A stretch of 60,611 nucleotides of DNA. It comes from an uncultured Anaerolineales bacterium (GTDB lineage Bacteria; Chloroflexota; Anaerolineae; Epilineales; Epilineaceae). The notes under the pieces are model-generated. The model did not search any database. It was given only the letters and a program-made list of their open reading frames with translations, and was not told where the DNA came from. Positions 24,546-34,200 of the stretch are shown piece after piece. The stretch covers positions 1 to 60,611 of the forward strand of contig CAYYVH010000001.1 in assembly GCA_964475075.1 (NCBI GenBank), given 5' to 3'. Within the stretch, counting starts at the first letter, position 1. The number at the start of each line of letters is the position of its first letter. A program made the position numbers and the translations under genes.

Positions 24546-25912
24546 ACCCCGTAGCGACTGACGGCATCCGGTCCTTCGCCTCACGACAGCGAACCGATGG
24601 GGGGTTCATCCCCGTTGCGGTCGTCAAGCATGCAGTGCGCGACCGAGTGTTTGCTGAGATCGATCCGTCCGAGCTATTGGCACGCCTGCGGCGTGATCCG
24701 GCGGGCGTACGGGCCGAGTTGTCCGATCTGGTGTTGGGGATCGTCGCTGAAGAGGGCTACCTGCTTACCGAGGGCCGCCGTCGCGAGCTCCAGGGCTACA
24801 TAATCGACGAGATCTTGGGTTACGGCCCGATAGAGCCTTTCCTCCACGACCCTGAAGTGGAGGAAGTCATGGTCAACAAGTACGACGAGGTGTGGATCGT
24901 CCGCCGCACGCGAGGCCAGGCCAAGATGGAGCTCACCGGTGTCTCCTTTGACGATGTGGAGCACGTGCTGCACGTCGTGGATCGCATCATCGGGCCCATC
25001 GGACGGCGTGTGGACGAGAGCACGCCGCGCGTAGATGCGCGTCTGCCCGATGGGTCGCGCGTAAATGTCATCATTCCGCCGCTGGCGCTCGACGGGCCGA
25101 CGGTCACCATCCGGAAGTTCCCCGAGATCTTCCTGACAATGGACGACCTTATCTATACCTATGGCAGCGTGAGCGAGGAGGTGGCCGAGTTCCTGCGCAC
25201 CTGCGTCGAAGGTCGGTTCAACGTCATCATCTCCGGTGGCACCGGGTCCGGAAAGACCACGCTTCTGAATGCCCTGTCCGCCTACATTCCCGACCACGAG
25301 CGAATCGTAACCATCGAGGACACGGCGGAGTTGCAGGTGCATCGCTACAAGCCACACGTCGTGCGGCTCGAGTCGCGGCCACCAAACCTGGAGGGGCGCG
25401 GTGCCGTCACGATACGTGACCTCGTGGTCAACAGCCTCCGGATGCGCCCGGACCGGATCGTGGTCGGCGAGTGCCGGGCCGGTGAGACGGTGGACATGCT
25501 GCAGGCGATGAACACCGGCCACGACGGTTCGCTCACGACGGTGCACGCCAACTCGCCGTCTGAGGCAGTCTACCGCCTGGAAAACATGTTCCTGATGAGC
25601 GGCCTCCAGGTGCCGGTGATGGCCATCCGGCAGCAGATCAGCATGGCGATTCAGCTCATCGTCCAGCAGCGGCGCATGCCGGACGGCAGCCGCAAGGTCA
25701 CCCACGTGACGGAGATTGTGGGAACCGAAGGCGACAGCATCGTCAGCCAGGACCTCTATGTCCTCGACGGACAACACCTGGCCGATACGGGTGCGAGGCT
25801 GGCACATCTAAACAAGCTTCGCATGAACCTGACACAGCTGCCGCCCCTCTCGATCTTCGACCGGATGACCGACGCCGAGGAGTACGCCCCCAGGCTCGCG
25901 GGGGGAGTGTGA
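24542..25912 (+). CDS. cpaF: CpaF/TadA secretion ATPase
   Basis: 456 aa. Walker [33 protein letters not shown]-type box, [12 protein letters not shown]. Confidence 0.93.
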   Translation: MNPVATDGIRSFASRQRTDGGFIPVAVVKHAVRDRVFAEIDPSELLARLRRDPAGVRAELSDLVLGIVAEEGYLLTEGRRRELQGYIIDEILGYGPIEPFLHDPEVEEVMVNKYDEVWIVRRTRGQAKMELTGVSFDDVEHVLHVVDRIIGPIGRRVDESTPRVDARLPDGSRVNVIIPPLALDGPTVTIRKFPEIFLTMDDLIYTYGSVSEEVAEFLRTCVEGRFNVIISGGTGSGKTTLLNALSAYIPDHERIVTIEDTAELQVHRYKPHVVRLESRPPNLEGRGAVTIRDLVVNSLRMRPDRIVVGECRAGETVDMLQAMNTGHDGSLTTVHANSPSEAVYRLENMFLMSGLQVPVMAIRQQISMAIQLIVQQRRMPDGSRKVTHVTEIVGTEGDSIVSQDLYVLDGQHLADTGARLAHLNKLRMNLTQLPPLSIFDRMTDAEEYAPRLAGGV

Positions 25913-26868
25913 TGGTACACCAGACGTTCTTCTTGGGGCTTGTTGCCAGTGTGTCGCTCGGGGTCTTCACAGTGATGGGGGTGCTCAGTGCCGTAGCCTG
26001 GTCGCGCAATCGAAGCTTGTTGATGCGCCTGGCGCACTATGTTGAGCCCCATCTCAAGCCGTCCGACGCCAGCGCGCTGGATGCGCGTCTCGAACACCTG
26101 GTTGGCCTGACCGAATTTGGGCGGGACTTCCTGCGCGATTTGAGACAGCTACGCCTGGGTCCGCGCCCCGGCCGGCTGCTGTTGTACGGCGTGATCGTAG
26201 CCGGGGCGGCGTACGTCGTGGGGTCTGTGCGTTTCGGCTCCAACGTGGCGGCATTCGGCACAAGCGGTGTCACGCTCGCGGCACTCTTCGGCTTCGTGCG
26301 CTGGCGTGCCGGGCAGAGCTGGAAACACTACCGCCGGCAGCTGCCCGAGGCGCTGCACGTCATATCCAGCGCTTTGTCCGCTGGTGCGTCCCTGAGCCAA
26401 GCGCTCAAGCACGCGGCGCGCGAGACCGTGCCGCCGCTGCAGGGGGAGATTCAGCGCGTGGTAGAGGATGTGGAAGTTGGAAAGACGCTCGAGCAGGCCC
26501 TGACCGAGCTGACCCAACGGCTGCCGCTGCCGGAGTTCGATATGGTCATCGCCTCACTGCTCATTCAGCAGCGCAGTGGCGGCAACCTGGCCGAGCTCCT
26601 GAACGAGACGGCTCAACTCATCAAGCAGAACGAGGAGTTGCGCCAGGAGATGGGCGTGCTTACCAGTCAGGCGCAAGCCTCAGCCCGGCTCATCGGTCTC
26701 CTCCCGGTCGGGTTGTTCGCCTATCTGTATGCCAGCAATCGCTCTTTCCTCGGACCGTTGCTCGATACGGGCATGGGCAACATGATGCTGATCATTGCGT
26801 TCGTCTGCGAGATCGTCGGATACTACGTCGTCTCACGGATTGCGACCTTCAGCGAGTTTCAAGTATGA
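25909..26868 (+). CDS. tadB: TadB (type II secretion system F family) inner-membrane platform protein
   Basis: 319 aa. 4-nt overlap with cpaF. T2SSF core (LPEALHVISSALSAGASLSQAL..). Confidence 0.85.
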   Translation: MMVHQTFFLGLVASVSLGVFTVMGVLSAVAWSRNRSLLMRLAHYVEPHLKPSDASALDARLEHLVGLTEFGRDFLRDLRQLRLGPRPGRLLLYGVIVAGAAYVVGSVRFGSNVAAFGTSGVTLAALFGFVRWRAGQSWKHYRRQLPEALHVISSALSAGASLSQALKHAARETVPPLQGEIQRVVEDVEVGKTLEQALTELTQRLPLPEFDMVIASLLIQQRSGGNLAELLNETAQLIKQNEELRQEMGVLTSQAQASARLIGLLPVGLFAYLYASNRSFLGPLLDTGMGNMMLIIAFVCEIVGYYVVSRIATFSEFQV

Positions 26869-27812
26869 ACCTCATCGACCGTACCCTGCCTGTGTTCATC
26901 GCGGCTGCCGCGGGCGGTGCCGTGGCCTTTGGTTTGCTCGTCTATCTGATGCAGCGCGTCAACCGGAATATGCTGGAGCGACTGCAGGCGTCGGTGATGG
27001 CCGCGAATCCCGACAAGACGGTCGACGTGATCTCCGAAGCGGGCGGGCTTCTGGGGGTACTGGTGAGATTCGCTCGCATTCTGCGCGGTATCAGGCCCAT
27101 GGGTGAGCTCATGGCTCGCGCGACGCCACCGTCCCGTCACCACGCGCTCAACGAGCGGATTGAGTCGGCGGGCATGCGCGAGTACTTGACGCCACAGGAT
27201 GTCAGCGAGGCCCAGATTGTCGGTGCGCTGGGCGGTTTCGTGATCATGTTCCTGCTTGGGGGCGGGTTCTCGCCAAAGGCCTTCGCCCTCGCCTTGGTGA
27301 CCGGCGCCGTCACCTATCGCCTGAGCCTGGTGCCCATCACCAACAACATCCAGCACCGCCAGGGGCGGATCCGGGGCTCGTTGCCCAAGTGCGCCGACAT
27401 CCTGGTCGTCGCCGTCGAGGCCGGCATGACCTTCGACCGGGCGATCGCCCTGTATGCCGAGCGCTTCGGTGGGCCGCTTACCGAGGAGCTGCGCCGAATC
27501 CAAGAGGACATCAAGGTGGGACACCGTCGCCGGGATGCCTTCCAGGCGGCCATGGACCGGGTGAATCTGGACGACTTGTCCCGCTTTCTGAGCGCCATCC
27601 TGCTGGCCGAGCGCTTTGGGGTGCCCGTGGCGATGGTGTTGCGAGATCAGTCCGAGGCGCTCAAGCTGCGCCGCACGCAACGCATCCGAGAGGCCTCGAT
27701 GAAGGCCCCGATCAAGATGCTCATCCCGACGGTGTCGTTGATCCTGCCGGCCCTGCTCATCGTCCTCCTAGGCCCGATGATCGTCATCGTTGCCACGGGC
27801 GGGCTGTTCTGA
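26865..27812 (+). CDS. tadC: TadC (type II secretion system F family) inner-membrane platform protein
   Basis: 315 aa. 4-nt overlap with tadB. T2SSF core (LPKCADILVVAVEAGMTFDRAI..). Confidence 0.85.
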   Translation: MNLIDRTLPVFIAAAAGGAVAFGLLVYLMQRVNRNMLERLQASVMAANPDKTVDVISEAGGLLGVLVRFARILRGIRPMGELMARATPPSRHHALNERIESAGMREYLTPQDVSEAQIVGALGGFVIMFLLGGGFSPKAFALALVTGAVTYRLSLVPITNNIQHRQGRIRGSLPKCADILVVAVEAGMTFDRAIALYAERFGGPLTEELRRIQEDIKVGHRRRDAFQAAMDRVNLDDLSRFLSAILLAERFGVPVAMVLRDQSEALKLRRTQRIREASMKAPIKMLIPTVSLILPALLIVLLGPMIVIVATGGLF

Positions 27813-28360
27813 TGAAAACGCTCTGGATGCGGATAGGCCTGGCGCCCGGCCTCGCGCGCGATGAGTCCGGCGCGGTGTTGGCCGAGTTCGCGTCGGTGTT
27901 CCTGATTTATTTGATGGTGGTTGTGGCGACGTTCCAGATTTCCCTCTGGGCGTTCACCATCACGGCCACCCAGTTCGCGGTGTGGGAAGGTTGCCGCGTG
28001 GGCTCGGCAGTCTACCAACCACAACCCCCAGATGGCACCACACCCGGGGGGCTGCGCTCGCAGTTGGATCGGGGAGCACCCGAGGACGCGGCTGGAGCAG
28101 CCTTCGCTGCCATGGATCGCATTGAGCAGGTGTTGACCTGGCTGCCGCTCACGCAGGACTACAGCGATCTGACGGCAGCGGTGGAAGAGGAGTTCGTCTT
28201 GCCGGGCGAGGAGGGTGTGCGTGAGATCACCGCCTCGGTCAGGGTCAGCGCGCCGGTGATGTTCCCCTTCGCCGAGGAGTGGCTTCCCGAGGGTAGTGGT
28301 GGCCTGTTCGTTGTGCAGCGCGCTTGCCGTCTGCGCCTGGCACGGTTCTACAGTTATTAA
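27812..28360 (+). CDS. TadE-like pseudopilin
   Basis: 182 aa from ATG 27812 (TGATG overlap with tadC). TadE N-terminal motif DESGAVLAEFASVFLIYLMVVVATF. Confidence 0.75.
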   Translation: MKTLWMRIGLAPGLARDESGAVLAEFASVFLIYLMVVVATFQISLWAFTITATQFAVWEGCRVGSAVYQPQPPDGTTPGGLRSQLDRGAPEDAAGAAFAAMDRIEQVLTWLPLTQDYSDLTAAVEEEFVLPGEEGVREITASVRVSAPVMFPFAEEWLPEGSGGLFVVQRACRLRLARFYSY

Positions 28361-28399
28361 ACTCGAGCGTAGGGGGCTCTTGTGGGGAGGTTGGGACCG

Positions 28400-28930
28400 A
28401 TGGCGATAACCGCGAGTGGAGCTGTGCGGCGCCGGACCATATTGGAGCGTGTGGTCAGTCGCCTGTGCGGAGAGGACGGCTCGGCATTGATGGAATTCGC
28501 CGTGTCGCTCCCCCTCATGGCTGTCATGCTCGTGGGGGGATCGGCCGCCGTCGTGCTTGTTCAGGCGCGCTTCGCCGTGCAAGTGGCAGCCCGTGAGGCG
28601 GCGACGATCGGCGGTTACGTCGGCACCACTGTCGATCCCTACAATACGACGATTGCCGAAGCCCGCGCGGGGGCGGAACGAGTGCTCCTGGATCATGGAC
28701 TCGCGCTCGAAGACGCGACAATCACATTCGACGGCACCTCGGAGACGCTCGAGCGGGGCAGCCTCTTCCAAGTGCAAATTGAGTACGGGGTGACGCTGCC
28801 CCTCGTGTCGGCACGCTTCCTCGGGCAGGAGGAAGACCTGGTGTTCACCGTGCGCAGTGTCGCGGTGCTTCCGATTCAACAGTATCAGGCACGTTGGCCA
28901 TGTCCATCAGACGATCCCTTGTGCAACTAG
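28400..28930 (+). CDS. TadE/TadF-like pseudopilin
   Basis: 176 aa from ATG 28400 (RBS GGGGAGG; GTG 28382 is an alternative). Motif EDGSALMEFAVSLPLMAVMLVGG. Confidence 0.75.
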   Translation: MAITASGAVRRRTILERVVSRLCGEDGSALMEFAVSLPLMAVMLVGGSAAVVLVQARFAVQVAAREAATIGGYVGTTVDPYNTTIAEARAGAERVLLDHGLALEDATITFDGTSETLERGSLFQVQIEYGVTLPLVSARFLGQEEDLVFTVRSVAVLPIQQYQARWPCPSDDPLCN

Positions 28931-29025
28931 TACACGCTGGCGCAAAACCACGGACAGTTCGCGCCCGTCCGCTCACTGCGCCAGACAACGGCAGAAAGCC
29001 TGTAGGGGCACGGCATGCCGTGCCC

Positions 29026-29586
29026 ATGGTCCGCCAAAGCGATGAGTTATGGCAGCACGGCAAACCGGCGTATGCCTCCTGCCGCGGGGTACTAGGCCGT
29101 GCAGGGCAGCCGCTGCTTGTCCGGGCGAGCCGGCTCCGCCGTTTGGGCCGCTCGCTCTCGGACGAACGCGGTGCGGTCCTGATCCTCACGGTGATGATGA
29201 TGCCAGTGATGTTCGGCTTCCTGGGGCTCATGCTGGACGGGTCGATGCTTTACGCGGCACGGCGCGAGTTACAGGACGCGGCGGATTCCGCTGCCCTGGC
29301 CGGTGCGATGCAGGTTGATCTCGGCTATTTCGCCCGGAAGGGGCGGTGGCGGATTGCATTCGACATGAATCTCCCAGGCGCCCGGACGGCGGACGAGGCG
29401 GTGCAGGAGGTCTGTGCGCGGTATGGCGTGACGTGCGAGTCGTCGGTCCCGTGGTACTACAGACGCCGCTTGATCAAGGTGACTGCGCGGACCGAATTCC
29501 GTACGCTATTCATACAGCTCCTGACTGGCCAGAGGCAGTACGAGATAACGGCGAAGTCCAAGGCGATCATGGTGCCGGCATATTGA
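29026..29586 (+). CDS. TadG-like pseudopilin (N-terminal TadE/G-like motif only)
   Basis: Motif DERGAVLILTVMMMPVMFGFLGLMLDGSMLYAARRELQDAADSAALAGA. The start is uncertain (ATG 29026, or an in-frame TTG near 29140). A perfect 20-nt palindrome (29006-29025) abuts ATG 29026. Confidence 0.65.
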   Translation: MVRQSDELWQHGKPAYASCRGVLGRAGQPLLVRASRLRRLGRSLSDERGAVLILTVMMMPVMFGFLGLMLDGSMLYAARRELQDAADSAALAGAMQVDLGYFARKGRWRIAFDMNLPGARTADEAVQEVCARYGVTCESSVPWYYRRRLIKVTARTEFRTLFIQLLTGQRQYEITAKSKAIMVPAY

Positions 29587-29621
29587 CGTGTTGACGCTTC
29601 TCGTATGGGGAAGGTCGTGAA

Positions 29622-31208
29622 ATGATAGGGGAACTGATAAACGGTGCGTACCACGTTCTGGGAGAGCTCAGGGGCTCCACGCGGCCAGGACTCTGGCTGG
29701 CGCACAGTCTGGTCACGGGCGAGTTGGTGACGCTGGCTGTGCCGGCCCCCGGTGGTGATCCGCCGACTGCCGACGGTTTACGGCGGGAAGGTGAGATCTT
29801 CGGCGAGATCACCAACCGCCACGTCCAGGCGGTGGTGGACTGGAGTTGCGACGACGTCCTCGTGGTTTGGGCATACCTGCCGGCCTGGACGCTGGCCACT
29901 GCCCTGCGCGCGGCGCCACCTCCGAGCGTGGGCGCCGTGATGCGCCTGATGCTCGAGGTGTCCCAGGGCCTATCTGCGGTACACAGCCGCGGTGCGGTGT
30001 ACTGCGGGCTCCATCCCGGCCGGATCCTGGTCCAGCGCGACGGCACTGCCAGTCTGGCAACGACGCCAGAAGCCGTCCTGGCCAAGCGAGGGCGGCTCGT
30101 GGCGACCGGCCCGCCCCCTGAGACGCCGGTTCGCTATCTGGCCCCCGAGCAGATCGAGGGCGCCGCCGGCGGGCGCTCGGACCTGTACTCCCTGGCAGCC
30201 GTCGCCTATGAGTTGCTCACGGGCCACAAGATCTACACCAACCCCGACTCCGTGACGCTGGCGGTCGAAATATCGAAGACCACCCCGCCGCCACCATCGA
30301 CCTACCGGCCGGATCTGCCGCCGGAGGTGGATGACCTCTTTGCATACTGCCTGGCCCGCAAACCCCAGGACCGCCCCGGCAGTGTGGCGGCCCTCGTGCC
30401 CTATCTCAACAAGCTCCTGTCCAGTGTGGCTGGACCGGAAACCGAGTCCCTTGCATTCCGCCTCGGGTTGCACCCGGTCGCCTATCCGCTGCTGGCCAGC
30501 GATACGGACCGTGCAGCCCTCTTCTCGGCCGTGTCCGTGCCAACCGGTGGTCAGCCCCAGCAGGCGGATGCGGCGATGGCCGAAGAGGCCGGCGCAGGCG
30601 AGATTGCCCGTGCGGCGGATGGGTCCGACGGAGATGGGAACGGGCCTGCCGGGCGGCGCGAACTGCTCGACGGTCGTCGGCATGCGGGTTCGGCACCAAG
30701 AAGCTTCAGCTCGGATCCGGCGTTTTGGCCGGCCTACCTAGTAGCCAGCGACGGCAGAACATATCCGCTCGAGACGGCTGACGCCACCGTCGGCCGGCGC
30801 GGGACGAACGGTGTCGCGCCCGACATTGACCTTCGTGATCTTGATTTGGGAATGGTAGTCTCGCGGGAACACGCCGCACTGCGTTTCCACGACGGTGTTT
30901 GGCACGTGATCGGGCTAAAGGCCCGGAACGGTACGTGGCTGAACGATCAGCGGCTGACCCCGGGTTCCGAAATGCCCCTGAGTCCAGGGGACCGGCTCCG
31001 TCTGGCCAGTCTGGAGCTGGTGTTCCGAGGCGATCCGCATCGTCGGCAGGACGAAGATGAAGATCGCCCGATGGACGTCACCGATGAACCCCCCTGGGCG
31101 TCCGACGAGACCGGTCAGCTTGAGGCTCTGCCTCAGGCTGACGATGTCCGCGCTCCTCCACGCCCGACGATCGACGTTTCGGACGGGGAGGAGCGGGGGA
31201 TGCCTTAG
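29622..31208 (+). CDS. pseudokinase (degenerate Ser/Thr kinase fold) fused to a C-terminal FHA domain
   Basis: 528 aa. Kinase-like fold retains YLAPEQ and DLYSLAAVAYELLTG. It lacks the VAIK Lys (LVTLAVPAPG), HRD (YCGLHPGRIL) and DFG. FHA: ATVGRRG..VVSREHAALRF..ARNGTWLNDQRL. Confidence 0.8.
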   Translation: MIGELINGAYHVLGELRGSTRPGLWLAHSLVTGELVTLAVPAPGGDPPTADGLRREGEIFGEITNRHVQAVVDWSCDDVLVVWAYLPAWTLATALRAAPPPSVGAVMRLMLEVSQGLSAVHSRGAVYCGLHPGRILVQRDGTASLATTPEAVLAKRGRLVATGPPPETPVRYLAPEQIEGAAGGRSDLYSLAAVAYELLTGHKIYTNPDSVTLAVEISKTTPPPPSTYRPDLPPEVDDLFAYCLARKPQDRPGSVAALVPYLNKLLSSVAGPETESLAFRLGLHPVAYPLLASDTDRAALFSAVSVPTGGQPQQADAAMAEEAGAGEIARAADGSDGDGNGPAGRRELLDGRRHAGSAPRSFSSDPAFWPAYLVASDGRTYPLETADATVGRRGTNGVAPDIDLRDLDLGMVVSREHAALRFHDGVWHVIGLKARNGTWLNDQRLTPGSEMPLSPGDRLRLASLELVFRGDPHRRQDEDEDRPMDVTDEPPWASDETGQLEALPQADDVRAPPRPTIDVSDGEERGMP

Positions 31209-31214
31209 GAAGAG

Positions 31215-34200
31215 GTGAATGCGATGAACATGAATCCCCACACCACGCAACTACGTGCGGGCGGATACGTCGTCCGTCTCCGTCTGTCTCTCTCGGCTGC
31301 GATGCTGGCGGTGTTCCTCATTGGGCTGACCGCTGGGACGCCCTTGCACGCGGCGGCGGTGCCCCACGAAGGGGCAGCCGCGCCGGGTGTGACGCTGCGC
31401 CAGGTGCACCAGGGCGAGCCCCAACCCTGCGCTGTCGACGTGATGTACGTTCTCGACATTTCCGGCAGCATGGCTCAGGAGTATCCAGGCCCGAGCAACA
31501 AACTGGACGCGGCGAAACAGGCCATCGTCACGATGAACGCCGAAATCGAGGCGCTGGGCACCAATAGCCGTGTGGCGTTAGTCTCCTTTCGTGGCGAGGG
31601 GCAGGGCACGGGTAGCCCCCCGCTCTACCCGAGCTACGTGAACCTGGTTAGCGGCCTGACTGAGAACTTCGCCATATTCAACAACAAACTGATGCAGCTC
31701 CGGGCGAGTGGCGGGACGCCGACGGCCAAGGCACTGAAGACGGTGGCCGATACGTTCCCTGGTTACTTGGACGATCAGGAGAACCCCAATGGCAATCCCC
31801 GGCAACCGGTGGTGGTGCTGGTGTCCGATGGGGTGCCGACGATCAACTTGAGCAACCATGGCTTCCAGGACGCCTATGTGCAAGAGGTCAGCCTGTTTAA
31901 CGACGACGGCCAGTTCCTGTCACCCGACGTGGTTCGCACCGCGGGCCGCTACTTCCCCCAATACAGTGAGTATGCAGGTGATCCCTTGGCAGACACCATG
32001 GAGCAGGCGGCGTATCTCAAGTCCGCGATGCCGGACGCAGTGGTCTATTCCGTGGCGGTGCAGTCTGTGGCGGATGGGATCTTCAACGACGACGTTCTGC
32101 GATACGTGGCAGATGTGGGGGGAGGTTTCTTCTTCTTCGCAAACGATGCGTCGAGCCTGACCGACAAATTGGCGAATATCCTCGACCTCGCCTGTGGCGT
32201 TCCGACGGCCACACCAACGCCCACGGACACGCCGATTCCGTCACCGACAGCTACTCAAGGCGCGTCACCGACGGTTCCTTCCGCACCCACCGAGTGCGAG
32301 CTCTATCCGATCGCAATCGACGCCGACGTGCTGGTGGGTGCCGAGCCCGGCGACGTCATCTACGACATGCTGAACGGCGTCGGATCCGACAAGTTTGGGT
32401 GGCTGACCTGGACCGGTGGCACGAGCACGGCAGCTCTGTGTGAGAGTCTCGCGCCGCCAGGAAACTACGAATCGTACGTGAATCCCTATGATCCCAACGA
32501 CCATGTGATCTCTATCAGGGACTGGGTGCGCGGTCGGAAAGGGGTGTCTGCCAGCTCCTGCGTGCGGAGCGTGCTGAACGTGCTCCAGACGATGGACATC
32601 GGTGTGGTGCTGTGGGATCGCGCAAATGGCGGCGGTAACAGAAGTCGCTACCGCGTGGCTGGCCTCGCTCAGGTACGCATCGTCGATTTCTACCTTTGGG
32701 GCAGAGACCGTCTATCGATCCGCTATCTGGGGCCAGTTGACGAAGGGACGGATTACTGCCTCCCTGCACCGACGCCGACCGAGACGTCTGAGCCGGAGCC
32801 GACGGACACACCGGGATCGGGGGGAGGCGAAACGGGAACGCCGGTGCCGACCGCCATGCCGACAGCCACGCCGACAAACACGCTGTACCCGACGAGTTCG
32901 CCGTACCCGACGAACACGCCATACCCGACGAACACGCCGTATCCCCCGCAGACTCGGGTGCCGTGCCCGCCCACACCTCCGCCGCTGCTCGGCGGTTCGG
33001 ATCATGACCCGAGCGACCGAGGGTCCGGTGGCGGCGCGCGCGGGTTGGTCGCGCGCATGGGGCAGTTTCTGGCTCGGCTTCTCGGACGGAGCGACTCCGT
33101 GGCGGAGTCTGCGCCGGAGTCGGATGTACCCGAGGGCAGTGGCAGTGGCTCGCTGGCGGGATGGTGCGTTTCGTTCGAAGGTATGACGGACCTCGGTGAC
33201 GAGTCGGAGTGGGCATACACCGTGGAGCCCTGCCCGGATGACCCACCGACAAGAGACCTGAGCCACTGGGATCTGAATCTCAGTCCGGACGAGCACAGCG
33301 TGACGACGGCATCGCCGGATGGCTGGCAGGTCGGCGTGAACCCGCGCTCAGGCTTCTACGGTATCAAGTGGGACTACAGACTTCGCAAGTACGGACAGGG
33401 CCATACGTTCACGTTCCGCCTGTCCGGCGTGTGGGAGGTCACCGAGAAACCGGTGCACGTGAAGGCAGGGCGGAGAAACGCATTCGGGACCATCGATGGC
33501 CCGTCCGCCGTGCAGGTGGTCACGCCGACGCCGGAGCTGACGGCAACTCCCACCGACACACCGACGCTGGCTCCAACGCCGACGGAATCCACCAGGAGCG
33601 CGGCGCCGACGTATACGCCGCGGCCGACGTATACACCGGCGCCTACATTAACTCGCGCGCCGACCTGCGTTCCAGCCTATACGCCGACGCCTGAGGCGCC
33701 GCCGAGTGCCAGCGTGACACCTGGCCCGGGTGGTGAAGGCGATGCCTGCTGGCGAGGCACGACCAATCCGGAGGTCGGCGTCGGGGCGTGGTGGCGGCTC
33801 AACGCCGACGACACGGTCACGGTTCGCATCACCTTCTCGCGGGGCTTCGTCGACAACACCTACGGTGCGAATGCCGTGGGCTGGGAGAACTCCAAGAAGG
33901 GGGTGCACACGTTCCGTGACCTGTACAAATCCGACCATGTCATTCTCGGTCTCACCGACGCGAATGGCGTGGTGCGGATGGAGGTGAAGACCGACTATTT
34001 GACGGGCGATTCGTCTGTGCCCTCTGGATACAGGAGCATGGGTGTCTGGGGCGGCGACGGCAGGATGATCTCGGGCAACATTGCCGACGTCGTGAGTGCG
34101 ACGAGCTCAATGGACATGAACTTCAACACCTACGGCTACGTGCTGACGACGGACTCGCCGGCAACAGACAGCGGGTACACGCCCAACCCGGCCTACCCGA

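Noticed and set aside
23039-28879. Several 230-410-aa minus-strand ORFs across the tad operon
   Set aside because: All are antisense to genes with clear Tad family motifs. None has recognisable motifs of its own.
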